64,000 nt of DNA from Novakomyces olei (taxonomy: Eukaryota): contig JADEYG010000003.1 of NCBI GenBank assembly GCA_016906335.1, positions 1,550,001-1,614,000 on the forward strand. Reading direction: 5' to 3'. The notes below the pieces were generated by a model, which made no database searches, was not told the origin of the DNA, and saw only the letters and a program-made list of their open reading frames with translations. Positions 13,480 to 28,900 of the stretch are shown piece after piece; the stretch's first letter is position 1, and each line of letters begins with the position of its first letter. The position numbers were made by a program, and so were the translations under genes.

Positions 13480-16400
13480 TCAAGCGTAGGGCGGACGGTG
13501 CACGTCTGGCCCCGCTGCCACTTGCAGTCTTGGAGCAGCGAGAAAGCTGGATTTTGCCTTCGCCCTCCCCCTACCCTCCGTGCCCTCGTCCGACAGCAGA
13601 TCGTGCATTGATTTGTCCAGCTCAGCGGCGGTCAGCGATGGCCGGTGAGAGGCAGCAGTGAGAGCGCTGCGCAGAGAACGGGCGTCTGCCTGCAAGTGCC
13701 CTCCAGTCACGTGCTCGTCTCTGGACAATGGAACTATTGCTGAGCGAATAGAACCAGATTGAGGCCGAACGAGAAGAGACTTTAAGGCTTCTACACGTAG
13801 ACTAGCGTCCCTGCCAAGAGTATGGACACTACGAGGGCGGCCACGGTAGCAAGTTGCCAGTGAAGAGTTTGACAATTGCCGTTTCAGCTGCAGTTCTCGA
13901 TCGTCGAGCGTAAACGTGGACGGGTGCCTTTTTCCATAAGGCTCTTCGTTTGGCTCTACGTCTTTTGGCACTCGTTCTTGACTGGCATTATTGTCTGCAT
14001 GAACTGACGGCTGTGACAGCTGTGATCGTGGACGGCCAAGTGCATTGGTTCGAGTCTGGGTCATTGCCCTCTGAATACTGCCGAGTGAGACTGAGCTGGA
14101 AGCGTGTGACGCATTGTCGTACAAGTGCAGAGCATCAAAAGTGCCTGGTTTGAAGGCGACAAGGAGGCACTCTCGCATACTCTGAGGGTAGGCAGAGTGG
14201 AAGGAAATGGCCTCTATAAACTGACCCCTTAAGAACTGAGGCACTTGCCGCTGCAGAGCCCTTGGGTCTACTGACGTGAGTGGGACGATACTGTTGAAGG
14301 GCAGATTGACGGGGTCCGTAGTGGCCTCTCGAGGCTTTGTAACGTGGAATTTTTGGTAGGCCAGAGCGACCCTGTGCCTGACAAAATCGTCTACAAACTT
14401 GGGCACTGTCGCAGCTTGACGCTTGCCTCCTGCCATTGGCTCTCGCGGCTCTTTGGAATTGCCGTCCAGAGCCGACTCGTCCTCTGCTATATCGCTCTGC
14501 GCCCGAAAGACCATAGCCATCGCTTTACTGCCCACCATCGTCTGCAGCTGCTCCATTTCAAGAGAGGGCTCGAAATTGGTTTTATTAGACTCGAAATTGG
14601 ACTCGAAATTGGACTCGAAATTGGACTCGAAATTGGACTCGAAATTGACGCTTGACGTGTTAGGGTTAGGGTTAGGGTTAGGGTTATGCTTTTGAGCACT
14701 TGTAGCCACTGCTGTAGCTTCCTCGCCAGTCTGGCTCTTTTCTTTTCTGGTTTTTTCCTGTTCTCTTTTAACCTGTTCCCTACTCACCTGTTCCCTATTG
14801 TTCATTGTGAGAGCGTCGAGTACACGATGAAGGCCCGAAATGTCAGAGGCATAAGGCAGCAGCCCGACACCGGCGAGCAGGACAGAGTCCTGCCGTGGCC
14901 GTTTTGGCTCGGCTCCAGGCAGAGAAAACTCCAACTCGTCCGGGCTCGATCCGTTTCCAGGACTGGAATCTCTGCCAGGACTGGAACCCTCTGCAAGACT
15001 GGAACCCTCTGCAAGACTGGAATCTGCTCCATTCAAGCCTGCTGGCCTGTCATCGGCAGCAGCCTTGGGCCCAGTAGTCATAGCGGCTTCCGGCTCGGCC
15101 TTCTCCTGAGCCTCTTGAGCCTCCTGAACAGCTTTCCTACTGGCACTCGGCGATTGTGCCGTTATTGCATGCGTCGCTGTCCGGCGGAGATAGTAGTAGA
15201 CAAACGTGAGCAGATCCTGAACCGCGTCTTCCACGTCCGACAGCTTGCACGAGACAACGAGCGCTTCCAGCTGAGTCTTGAGCGAATGGTCACACAGCAG
15301 CTCCATAAATTTTGCTCTCACTGCGGGCACTTCGTCCACGATGAGCGGGAACCCGCGTCGCCAGGCGTGCAGGGATACTTGTTTGTGCAACAGGCTGGGC
15401 TTGTTTGTGCCGTCGGTATTGCCGATGGCATTTCCGTCGGCATTGCCGATGGCACTTTTATCGGCATTGCCGATGGCACTTTTATCGGCATTGCCGTTGG
15501 CACTTTTATCGGCATTGCCGTTGGCACTTTTATCGGCATTGCCGGCGGCCGCCAGCGTTCGTGCCGCCGCCTCTACGCACACAAGCCGGTCGTGTCTGCT
15601 GTACTGTGCCGGTGGAGGTGAGGAGGAGGCAGAAGAGTAAGGAGCGGCTATTGCCGGCACTGCCACACTCAAATCCCGGTCAGCGGCAAAGGCAGAGTCG
15701 CAGCGTTCAAAGAGGTACGTGATCGTGTCAGAGATCTGGTCGGGGTAAAAAGTATGGACGGCGAGGGCTTCAATGCAGGTAAAGAGCAGCTGCATTTGCT
15801 TATACTCGAGCGCCATACGCGACTGCAAAAGGGCGTCTGCCTGACAAGGCTGTGAGGAAAAGATATAGTACCATTCGCTAGTGTCGACTGTGCCCAGTTG
15901 GCCCTTGAAGAGCTGCTGAATCTGTTTGATGAAAAAGTCTAATACGTCCAAGGCAGACACGCCAATCAGGCTCGCGTCTGAGCGCAGTAGAGCCACAATA
16001 ACGTCGAGAATCATACACTTGGCGTCTCCGTTTATACTGCCAACGGCATTGCCGACGGCAGTTTTAACGGCATTGCCGACGGCATTGCCGACGGCAGTCT
16101 TTTTGGCTCCACTAGAGAGATAGTACGCTTGAATACAGGCCAAGAGAATCTTGTGCGAGTACCGCACACCCGTAAAATCGGCCAGGGTCACTACTAGCTC
16201 AGCCGCCCACTCGCTGTCCACGGGAACAAGGCGGCCAGTCACGAGCCGGAGCAGTTCCAGCGTCGACTCAAAGACATGCTTGTTTGATGGGGTTTGGTAA
16301 GCGGCAATTAGGGTGTCCAGGCCAGTCAGGCCGTTGCGTACTAGCGGGTCTTCTTCGCCACCAATAAGGACAGCTTTTGGCAGTGCTCCTCCTCCTTCAG

Positions 16401-17705
16401 CTCCTGCTCCTCCTACTCCAGCAGCTCCAGCTCCAGCAGCTCCTCCTATTGGCCCCAATTTACCTGAAGCAACAGACCGGGTTGCTGTACGGCCGCTGCT
16501 GTTTGTTCGACGAAGAAACTGCTGCATTTCATTGAGCCTCTGAGTCTGTGTACGGCTGGAAGCTTTCATCCTCTGTCCATTATTAGAGTGTTTTAAACTA
16601 TTGCGCTGCCCATTGCTGCTGTCGCGATTAGGGTTAAAGGCGTCAGACTCGGCTGTGCTTGTGGCCGCGTAGAGATTGTAGACTGAGCCGACAATAATAT
16701 TGCGAGTCAGCTTTACCGCCCAATGAGCATCGCTCTTGGCAAAAGCCGGAGACGTGCATGCGAGAAAGAGTGCTTGCAAACCGACCGCTCTGAACCGGTA
16801 AACGTCCTCCGCCGATATGGGCCGAGAGTTGTTGAACCCGAGAAAGGAGGAGGAAATCTGTGAGCCCAACGGCGTTTTCGCAATCTCCAAGTACCGGTCG
16901 AATATGCCGAGGTACAAGTCACAAATTTCCTGGTCAATTGCTACAATTGACGCATCATAGTGTTTGAGGAAAGCAGACAGCTGCCGTTAGTTTATCAATA
17001 CAAATTGACATTGACAATTATTGACATTGGCCATTATTGACATTAATTGCTTACGCGCTGAATACAGGTAATAAACATAAATTTGGTGGAAAAGAGTCTA
17101 AATTGCAAACGCGTGTTTCTTGAATAAACGCACACAGACTTACCGACTTGAGACTCGCTTCGTACAAAACGATATCGCTCGATTGTAAAACATTATTCAA
17201 CGATCTCAGGTAATTTGCCGTCATCATATTTAAATCACGGGAGCATTTGTCCATGAGCGCCGCAAATATGTCCAGCGATATTAGTACTTCCCTGTAAGCC
17301 GGTCAGTAAAATAAAAATTGCACAAAATGAACAGTCATTCAATTATTAATTTTAAATTATTAAAATAATAATTGTTAAAATTGTTAAAATTGTTGAAATA
17401 ATAATTATTAAAATTGTTAAACATCGTTCCAAATATTAAATATTGAACTGTATCAAATTGGCCAAGAGCCTAATCAATCTCAGCATTCATGGTAGCACTT
17501 ACCCCTGTCGCATGTGGTACTGGTCGCGAATAATCTTCTTTTCCAAGAAATTACTGACTTTGGGGATCTTTGCCGTTCGCGTGTTTGCATAGTAGCAAAG
17601 ATACGAAAGCTCACTCGCGTTGGGCACAGTCTCTGCGGCTTTACTGCGTGGATAGCACCGAAGCACCAATTTTTGGTGTTTTGGCAAAAGGAACGGCGGT
17701 CTCAT
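13480..17705 (-). CDS. EFR3: Efr3, plasma-membrane PI4-kinase (Stt4) complex scaffold, 3 exons
   Basis: Exon 1 MRPPFLLPKHQKLVLRCYP...PNASELSYLCYYANTRTAKIPKVSNFLEKK; later LAVHTFYPDQISDTI, LRVEALKSLL and terminal PPY; many low-complexity insertions. Confidence 0.9.
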
Positions 17706-17877
17706 CGTGTGAAATTGGCTCTTGGCCCAATTGTGCCACACGTTCCCGTGCGATGATTGTGGTTCTTTACGTATATAGTGATTTTTTGTTTACTATATAC
17801 TATTGTATGGGACATTTACTATGATGATTCGTCTGCGAAATAAACAATATACTAAAATATAATATATATTAATATAT

Positions 17878-18108
17878 AAAATAAAATAAAATAAAATAAA
17901 ATAAAATAAAATAAAATAAAATAAAATAAAATAAAATAAAATAAAATAAAATAAAATAAAATAAAATAAAATAAAATAAAATAAAATAAAATAAAATAAA
18001 ATAAAATAAAATAAAATAAAATAAAATAAAATAAAATAAAATAAAATAAAATAAAATAAAATAAAATAAAATAAAATAAAATAAAATAAAATAAAATAAA
18101 ATAAAATA
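17878..18108. repeat. (AAAAT)n microsatellite
   Basis: ~230 bp perfect pentanucleotide array upstream of EFR3. Confidence 0.98.
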
Positions 18109-19196
18109 ATAAACAATAATAATCATTTCATCATTTCATGATTCAAGTATCATATAAAGTATACAATAATGTTTAGCAAATACTAAACCCTAATCCTGTG
18201 TTCTATTTCACGGCCAACGTCATTCAGAAACAGATGTGGATTCAAAGTTTCACAGAGCCTTAATTAAATTCTGTATCATTTCAGTCCCGATGTTTTATCG
18301 GTCAAACCTCGGTTTTTGTACAACAATCTTATGATATGGCAATTTATGTCATACACAAATGCACTTTCCTATATTCAAATAACAAAGTCTCAATTAAATT
18401 TGTAAATCAATGGGCAAACGATTCCCACAGGGCATTTCACCTCTGACCACGAAATAATAGACGTTTCAGAAATAATGGGAATAGACACTGATACGCTAGC
18501 CGAGACGGAATCCGAAACACTATTATTCTATGGTCTTGGATAGGATCAATGAAACAACATAAATGGGAAAAAGACGTAGTAGAAGATGATAGAGATGTAA
18601 TAAAAGGAAAATAAAACAAAATCCAGTAAAAGTAATTACAGTACACTACCGATTTGCAGTTGAACATTGTACCTTCTCTTTTTCTGTACCCTCTCGTCTT
18701 GACTGCTGGCCAATCACATGATCAAGTGAACAGTACGCGAGACACGTGACAGTGGCAATTGAACCTGCTAAAAGCCATGATTATATGATGAAATACGATA
18801 AGGCTTTTCTTTTATCTTTTTTTTTAACATTTACTACGCTTGCAATTACCTGAACACACACAAATACGACTAAATTGAGCGAGCAGAGTCGGCAAACGGT
18901 TCCAGCCAACGGCAACAAAACAAATACTTTACACACATTGCCAACGGGAATACGGGTACGTAATACACTCGGTTGGAACATATTTATGACTAGAAAGGTA
19001 TAAAAGCACGGACGGATACCCCCACGACAGTCTAACGGCGAAATGATGTGATAGAAGACAAACATTAAATTAATATAGAAGAATAAACCGGTCCACGAAT
19101 ATTATCTCTTTTTCTTTTAAAACCTCTGCCGCACCCCCGTTTAGCAATTAAAAAAAAGAGGGTGAATAAGAGGTGAGTGAATTCCGTTCTACCTGT

Positions 19197-21247
<2,051 letters not shown>

Positions 21248-21586
21248 CTAATCTTCAAAAGCAAAAGGTCCTTTTTGTGAAGTGTTTGTTTGTGGTAAAG
21301 ATTGGAAAAAAATGTTCCGTCTATTTTTATACCTTACTGGAGAATGCGTAAAAAGAAAAGAAGGGATAAGAAAGATGAAAGAAAATAAACGCAACGAGAT
21401 GAAAATGGAAGGAGGGAAAAAATTTACCAAGTGAAAACCCATAATATTCTAATTTGGTCCATCGGTATGAAAATCGCATTAGAAAAAAATTTTCGATTAC
21501 TATGAAGAGCCGCTTTTCTGTATAAATATCGATCGCTCTCTGTGCTCAATACTGTATTTCTTTCTGCATTTTTAAATGTGTCGAAA

Positions 21587-21641
21587 GTTAGGGTAGGGTT
21601 CGTCCTAGTTGGGATATGTGACAGCATTAGGGTAGGGTTAA
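21587..21641 (-). promoter_or_regulatory. Two Homol E boxes (AGGGTAGGGT) flanking a Homol D-like TGTGACAG upstream of TEF1
   Basis: gttagggtagggtt...tgtgacagcattagggtagggtta. Confidence 0.65.
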
Positions 21642-22162
21642 AGGTTATCAGATCCTGGTTGCTTCCGACAAGTATCGTTCCGGCTATCATGCGCACTTAT
21701 TCTATTGTCACAAACGAATAAAATAATTATGGAAAAAAAAAAAGAAAAAAAAAAATAATAATAATAAATATAGCATGAATTGGATACAAATTATCAATAT
21801 GTATACATTTTTATTTAATATACATAAATCCTTCCCATATAATATACGATAATATTAATTTTAGTAGCAGTGTGGAGTGAATCTAATTGTGGGGTCAATT
21901 AACCATTATATTATAAAATGATCGCATCATGAGTCATAACAGAGATTAAACAAGGACAGAATGGGAAGGGAGAATAGCAAGGCAAATGATGCAGCAACAA
22001 TATGTACACTGCAAAGCCTTTGATGTCCCGAAGCGCAAAAGCGCAGCGATAATTGAAGAGGCACATTGATAATACGTGATTGATTGTCCTGCTTCACCAA
22101 TGAAAAAAGTTTGTTTATTTCGTTTTATAATAATCACATCCATGGCTACAATCATGCGACAA

Positions 22163-25100
22163 TCATTGCTCAGCACGCCGAGCTCGGGCCGGAAACAGTC
22201 GGGCAAATGTATTCTTGATTGCGCGTTTGACTCCTCGCAAATGGCTCCGTTGTACAATATCCGCAACGAGGTAAACGATGCTAAAAATAAGACGGAAAAT
22301 AGCCAGGACAGCACAGACCCAAAGAATGACTTTGAGGTACTGGTTTATACCGTCCGTTCCGCCATACACTTCAATCAGCACCATTCCGAGAATAGCGTTG
22401 CTAATCATCCACACGAGGACGAGACGCGTCCTAATTTCTCTATAATAATCGTCTAATTGAGGAGCCGGCCGGGCGGCGCGTAGCTGATCCGATTTCCCCG
22501 ACCGAATTTCACGCAGACTGTTTAGCGCTTCAGCGTAGACTGTATCGATATCCTTTTGCTCAGCCGGGACTTCTACTTCAACTTGACCCGTGCCTGTAAC
22601 TATTGCACTGCCGAGATCATTGTGCACTTGCGTTTCGCCCTTGGTGCCCCAGCTAACATCATGCGTGTTACAAAAAGCGTATATCTGCAGAGTGCAAATG
22701 TAAAAAGGTAGCAGTACCATAAACTGGGGGAAGCTTGTGAGCATGTGCCACGGATCCAAGTATATCAAGGAGGCCAGCAAGTACGATCCACTGGTGGACA
22801 TGAGCGAGATTACCATGTTTACAAACAAATTATTGCCCATAAACGAGGCGCCAGCGTCGTGTTTAATATGGATAATACTCTTGGCAGCCAGGTAAAATCC
22901 GGCGAACAGAGTGTACACCATGATTATACCAAACAGTATAATAGAGGTCATAAAAAGGCCTCGGGATCCCTGTGGCCGATTGCCCAGGGCTAAAACGAAT
23001 TGCGCACAGATAAGCAGGAAACAGGCGTAGCGTAGTATAGCGAAAATAATCCCACCAATCCCGTGGCCAAAGGGATCGTACTGATGGGAGGCCAGTGCCT
23101 GGCAAACGAAATAAAACGTCAAGTAGAAATTGCTCAGCGCAAAAAACGAGAGGAGCAATTGGACAAACTGGTACACAAACTCAATGTGCAGTGCAATCAA
23201 CCTGCCCATTGAATGATCGGTCTTGTAGATTTGACGGAAATGGGTTTGCGAATAGACCGCAGCAAAGAAGGACCCATTCAACCAACGTCGACGCTGACTG
23301 ATCAGCTCTGAAGCGTGATCAGGCACGTCTGTCTCCCCTTTAGCCTGCCTAACGTACCTGAGCACCCAGTTATGATTGGGTTTGGCCACCAGTTCCCAGC
23401 ACAGAATCCTGTCCTCAGCGAGGTACATGTTGGCGGAGAAGATATCCGTCTCCTTACCTGTCTGCTTTTCCCCCTTGAAATAGGAATTTAATGGGCCATT
23501 TCCAGAGGCATCATTGCAAAGAGCAATGTAACGGTAAGCGGAAAAGGCTCCGGGTAGGACAGAAATGTACCCAAAAACACTCTCCATCGGCTTATCCAGC
23601 ATATTTGACATTTTGTATTCGAAATTTTGAGCAGCAACAAACGGGTTCAGCAAGGAAAGCCAGGCTTTGCCCTTCATTGCCTGTATTTCCCCACAGGCAC
23701 CACCGACATTAGAGTTTTGATCAAACACTTTCCACAAATGATAAAGGCTTGTTGTGCTGGGCCGTGTGCCCACGTCCAACAGGACACACACATTGGGATT
23801 TAATAGTGAGGAAAAGGCATTGAAGAACCAGCGGTGTGAGTTGAGCTTCCTCGCATTTTGCTCCTTCATACAGTAGATAATCTGCACCGGGACAATACCC
23901 TTTTCCGCACCTTTGAAATTGAAATCCGTGCCCATACTGATCTGTGTTGTGTACTCGTAAATGTGAGCAGTCACAGGTCGGCCATTGACAAAGTTTTTAG
24001 CAATGCCTTCCTGGTAGACTCCCATGGCAGACAGCACATCGAGTGTGCGAGCGTCTACTTTAGTTCTGCCATCAGCAACGACACAAACGACCACCTTTTT
24101 CCATCCATCTTTGCCCCACATTCGGCTCTTTTGCCGTGAACATAAATGCGCAATGTTCTTCATTACTCCGTGCATTGTACGCGTAAAAAGCCGCTCATCT
24201 TCGTTGTATACAGTGATTGTAATAAAAAGCTCAGTGTCCCTCTCACTCAAATTTTGGCGTAAAAGGTACCCGTCTGCCTCAAACTGGTCCGGATCGCACG
24301 TTGCTGCAGTGTAACGCATATGCGTAAACTCTTTACTGTCTCGACGGGGCAGGAAAGACATCAGCTTGGAGGGAATCGGGCAGTCAAGGACGAGATGGCC
24401 TTCTGTCAGTGGAACAGTTTTCTTGGCTACTCCATGTAATCGACGAGGCTGCCTTTGCACTGGAGCAGGGCCGTAGTGTTTACGTGTGCCTGCTGCCTCA
24501 CTTTCACTACTGCTGCTAGTCAACGGCCGGGCTAATGCTGCTGTCGACTTGTACAGTTCATGGTCCTCTTCTTCCTCCGCCTCTTCGTCACTGTAAAACT
24601 TGTCGCTTGCTCCAAAGGAAACATCGCCTTCATTGTCGTTGTCGTCGTTGTCGTCGTCAAACGCAGAACTAAACAGGTCTTTGTCCGATTTGCTCTTGTT
24701 GTTATTACTAATGTTTTTGTCATTATTTAATTCAAATGAAGGCGGGGGTAGCGGATCAAGAGAGAGGGCAGTGTCCTCGCCGAGCGATCGGATATCCGTA
24801 AACGATGGAGCCATTGGCAGAGTGCGGGCAGGTACACGTGTCCGGCTCGGTGTTGGCGATCTTGGGGCGTCAAAGGACTCGTATGCTCTCGGCGAGAAGG
24901 GAGTTCCCGGAGTCCCAGGCGAAGCGGGAGACAGGATCGCAGACTCGCCTGCCAAAGACAATGGCCTTCTTTGCGGAGTGCCTAGTCCCATAGCGGGACC
25001 CGGTGTAGTTCGAGCCATTGAGGTATAGGACGGAGCCGGACTCGTGCTCCGGATTCCGGGAGAAAAGTAGGCTCGAATTGGAGAACTGGGTGCCGTTTCT

Positions 25101-25267
25101 TCTTCACGTGTTTGTGAGCAGTCAGATTCAATTTTAATGGAAAGCCTGTCCTCTCTATGCTTACCTGCTTCGCTGTTCCAGTCGTCTACTGCACCGTCTT
25201 GAAGGCGGTAGGCGGGCGGTGCGGCCGGAAGGCCTTTTTGACCCGACTTTGCTGGTGACAAAGGCAT
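22163..25267 (-). CDS. Chitin synthase, division 1 (class I/II type), intronless
   Basis: [74 protein letters not shown]. Start taken as MPLSPAK. Confidence 0.96.
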   Translation of the reverse strand: MPLSPAKSGQKGLPAAPPAYRLQDGAVDDWNSEAGKHREDRLSIKIESDCSQTREEETAPSSPIRAYFSPGIRSTSPAPSYTSMARTTPGPAMGLGTPQRRPLSLAGESAILSPASPGTPGTPFSPRAYESFDAPRSPTPSRTRVPARTLPMAPSFTDIRSLGEDTALSLDPLPPPSFELNNDKNISNNNKSKSDKDLFSSAFDDDNDDNDNEGDVSFGASDKFYSDEEAEEEEDHELYKSTAALARPLTSSSSESEAAGTRKHYGPAPVQRQPRRLHGVAKKTVPLTEGHLVLDCPIPSKLMSFLPRRDSKEFTHMRYTAATCDPDQFEADGYLLRQNLSERDTELFITITVYNEDERLFTRTMHGVMKNIAHLCSRQKSRMWGKDGWKKVVVCVVADGRTKVDARTLDVLSAMGVYQEGIAKNFVNGRPVTAHIYEYTTQISMGTDFNFKGAEKGIVPVQIIYCMKEQNARKLNSHRWFFNAFSSLLNPNVCVLLDVGTRPSTTSLYHLWKVFDQNSNVGGACGEIQAMKGKAWLSLLNPFVAAQNFEYKMSNMLDKPMESVFGYISVLPGAFSAYRYIALCNDASGNGPLNSYFKGEKQTGKETDIFSANMYLAEDRILCWELVAKPNHNWVLRYVRQAKGETDVPDHASELISQRRRWLNGSFFAAVYSQTHFRQIYKTDHSMGRLIALHIEFVYQFVQLLLSFFALSNFYLTFYFVCQALASHQYDPFGHGIGGIIFAILRYACFLLICAQFVLALGNRPQGSRGLFMTSIILFGIIMVYTLFAGFYLAAKSIIHIKHDAGASFMGNNLFVNMVISLMSTSGSYLLASLIYLDPWHMLTSFPQFMVLLPFYICTLQIYAFCNTHDVSWGTKGETQVHNDLGSAIVTGTGQVEVEVPAEQKDIDTVYAEALNSLREIRSGKSDQLRAARPAPQLDDYYREIRTRLVLVWMISNAILGMVLIEVYGGTDGINQYLKVILWVCAVLAIFRLIFSIVYLVADIVQRSHLRGVKRAIKNTFARLFPARARRAEQ

Positions 25268-25589
25268 TACTGACGGGACTGGTAGTTGATTGAGGATCGG
25301 CCGTGCATACACGCACTTGCAGACAAACAAAATATTCTGTGTTTATATGTAAATAAATAATCATGTAGCCTAGCAACGCGTGGCTGAGAATACCCTGCCG
25401 AAAGGCGATAATAAAGATTTATTTACAAGTCATGTTATAAGCGGTGCTTATAGAGACATTTTAAAGGCGGAGGCCAAATAGTACTTTAATATTGTTAACA
25501 GGTGCATATCTTAAAATCACTATACTACGCTGTATTTGCACATCTTTAATATTACGAGAATCCTCCCATTAGAGATTCTAATAAATATA

Positions 25590-25960
25590 ATATTTTTATA
25601 TTTTTATATTTTTATATTTTTATATTTTTATATTTTATTATTTTATTATTTTATTATTTGATTATTTGATTATTTGATTATTTGATTATTTGATTATTTG
25701 ATTATTTGATTATTTGATTATTTGATTATTTGATTATTTGAGTATTTGAGTATTTTATTATTTTATTGATTTATTATTTAATTATTTAATTATTTTATTA
25801 TTTAATTATTTAATTATTTAATTATTTTATTATTTTATTATTTTATTATCTTATTAATTTACTGATTTACTGATTTATTAATTTATTGATTTATTGATTT
25901 ATTAATTTATTAATTTATTATTTTATCATTTTATTATTTCATTAATTTATTATTTTATTA
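25590..25960. repeat. AT-rich compound 8-bp satellite ((TTTTTATA)n, (TTTGATTA)n and variants)
   Basis: Successive octamer arrays grading into one another. Confidence 0.9.
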
Positions 25961-25975
25961 CATAATGTACCCGCT

Positions 25976-28900
25976 TCACAAGCTATCGTCATCCTCCGTC
26001 TTGACACGACTGCCCGTGTCCATTTCTTCGTCAACAACGACAATAGTTCGGGCCGCGTGTTCAGCGGATTCCTCTTGGCCCATAGGCAAAGCGTCCACGT
26101 CAATAGGCTGATCAAGCAGGACGCGCAGAATAACACTGGCGCCCACTTTATGCAAAACTTCACCGGAGCAAATAGTCGAGGCAGTACACTCGGGACACCC
26201 TTCCGCCTGGTGGCAAGGACACTGCATTACCCGACAACTAGCCTGCTGTAACAAGGGCACAATAAACTCAAAGGCCTTGAAGGACAGACCACTGCCAGCG
26301 GCTCCGCCTTTAGCATCGTAAAATGTAAGCCGCGCTGGCCGTTTACGGGCAGATTCCTTTTGCTGCATTTCTTTCCGGGCCACTTTACACTCTGTCCGCA
26401 TATCGCCAGGAGTGGACACTACAAATTTCGGGATTAGCGAGAGCACTGCGTGTTCTGCAGCATGAATACTGGCAGCCACATTGATCCGTTTACATTTCAG
26501 CACTTTTATTGCCCTGAGTGGGATGTTGATCCACATCCCGCGCGAGTCAATTTCCACAGGCGGAGCGTCCACATCAACGGCATCAAGTATATTGTTTTTT
26601 CCGTCAATTTTAAAGTAACCGTAAACGACCTGGCGGATATGCACACGCCCATAGTAAGCCTTACTTGACCAAGCAATGCTACGAGTGTACAGGGTTTCCA
26701 CAGGATCAGTATCGGTAAAATCACGTTGCTGAGTCGTCCAGTCAACATTGGCCACGATTACTTTGGCCCAGCGTGACTGTGGGTTCAGTTCACGTACAAT
26801 GTACTTGTGCCCTTGGTGCATGTAGATGGCACCCTCGTAAATAGTGAAACTGGCCCTTGAGGGTTCTAGTTCTTCCAGCACTCGTTGCTGTCGGGCATTT
26901 GTAACATCGACAATGGCAAAATGGCCTTCTTCAACGTCACGAATAGCCACTAAACTAGCTGGATGAGGCTCAAATCTTGGATGGCAGTGGAAAAAGTTGG
27001 ACCGTGGGTCTGGCAAGAGCCTTTCCGCAGCCAGCCGCATGCAATTTGCACCGAAATACTGGGAATCTGCTGAGCAAATAGGCATTTCTTTGGCTGCGCA
27101 TTGCAAATGGCCCTCGACAACGAGCGTATTGTCCAGGTCTACTTGCAATTCCGGTAAAGGTTTTGAGAATAAATCGTCCGGGTTCATAACATAATGCTGA
27201 TCAACGGCAAACGCATCTGCCACAAACACTGTTAAACAATCACGATTACGTCGGCCCGCTCTTCCGCTCTGCTGACGTAAGTTTGCTACGGAATAAGGGA
27301 AACCACAGACGAGAACAGCGTCTAAACTGCCGATATCCACTCCAAGTTCAAGAGCATTTGTTGCTATTATCCCGAGAAGTCGGCCGGCGAACATATCAGA
27401 CTCAATCTGCCTCCGATCCTGAGCGGAATACCCGCCCCTATAGCTCATCACCCTGTCGGATAAGCCGACACTGACATTATCGTTGTTAATGCCAATATTA
27501 ATGTTATTATGACTAGTATTATTGTCATTGTTTGCATCTGCTTGCCTCAGCCTTTCCCGAACTGTGCTCAAAAGCACTTCACAAGCCTTTCGCACTCTGC
27601 AAAAGGCAATTGTACGCACTCCTCTCTGTATCAAAGCTGCCATTATACCTGCAGTTTCATTTATGGCCGAGTGCCGACCGGCCCGCGGGTCCTTTACATC
27701 TATTAGGGGAGGATTCCAAAACACAAAGTGCCTTTTCCCGGACGGAGATCCGTCCCGATCAATCACGGTAATTGCTTTCGACTCGAGACCCGTTAGTGTC
27801 TGCATATGCTGAGCAGCATTACTGATTGTCGCGGAGCAGGAAACGAATTGAACACGTCTATTCCCTAAAGTTGCACACAACCTTCGGAGCCGGCGAATAA
27901 CATAAGCGACGTGACTGCCAAAAAGGCCATTGTACACATGCAATTCGTCGATAACAATATACTTTAAATTCTTCAAAAAAGTCCGCCATCGCTCTTCGTT
28001 GGGCAGTATTGTTTGATGAACCATATCAGGATTTGTGAAAATTACACGTGCTTCATCGATAATCTGCCTCCTGTTTGCCAAAGGGGTATCCCCATCAAAA
28101 GTTTCGGCTAGAAAATCCAAGTTTTGGCCAATATTTGGCCCCAAATTGTCGTACTTGTTTAACTGCATTGCCCCCATCAGCTGTAGCAGCGTCTTTTTCT
28201 GGTCTTGGGCAAGTGCCTTTGTTGGGAATATAAACATGGCTCGCGTATCAGCATCCTGTTCCAGCGCATCGAGTACAGGAACCTGATAAATCAAAGATTT
28301 CCCACTGCTCGTGGCCGTCGATACAATAACGTTCTGGCCCTGCCATATTGCATTAATCGCATCTGCCTGGTGTGTATAAAATTGCGATACGTGCCTTTGC
28401 GAGTACAAGGCATCGATTAGCCGCTGAGACAGTCGACGGGAAAGCAATCCGAATTCTGGAGATCTTGATTCAAAAACACGTGTAGCCCGGGCCACCTGCT
28501 GGTCAGGGAAGGCCTGGGACCATTGCGACTCTAGCTGGCCTAATATTTCCGACATACTCCCACGCTGAGCAACAGTATTGGCCAGATTGCTGGTAGAATT
28601 TGCATGTTCCAAACAAGGTTTGCGGGACAAACCTCTCGGGTCCTCTACCGGCTTTTCCGGCATACACTCATGTGCATTTCTAAGCAGCTCTGTTAAAGCA
28701 AAGTCGCTATGCTCGTCCAGAAAGCAGGCGACAGCCTGAACAAATTTTTCGTTCCTCTTCCCTATAAGTTGTGTCATACTGCCGGGAGCGAATTCCGGCA
28801 TTTTCATGCTCCGATCAGAATTTCCGGGTTGCCGTTTGCGCTTGAGCTCACCATCTCTGTACTGAAACAGGAGAACCATCTCTATTTTAGCAAACTCGCC

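Noticed and set aside
14660-14686. True chromosome end / telomere
   Set aside because: Only four units, embedded in frame in the EFR3 CDS.
17793-18126. (ILFYF)n ORFs
   Set aside because: Translations of the (AAAAT)n microsatellite.
18130-18720. Coding-like fragments or a C/D snoRNA between EFR3 and TEF1
   Set aside because: Frames broken by stops, no recognisable homology, no convincing C box.
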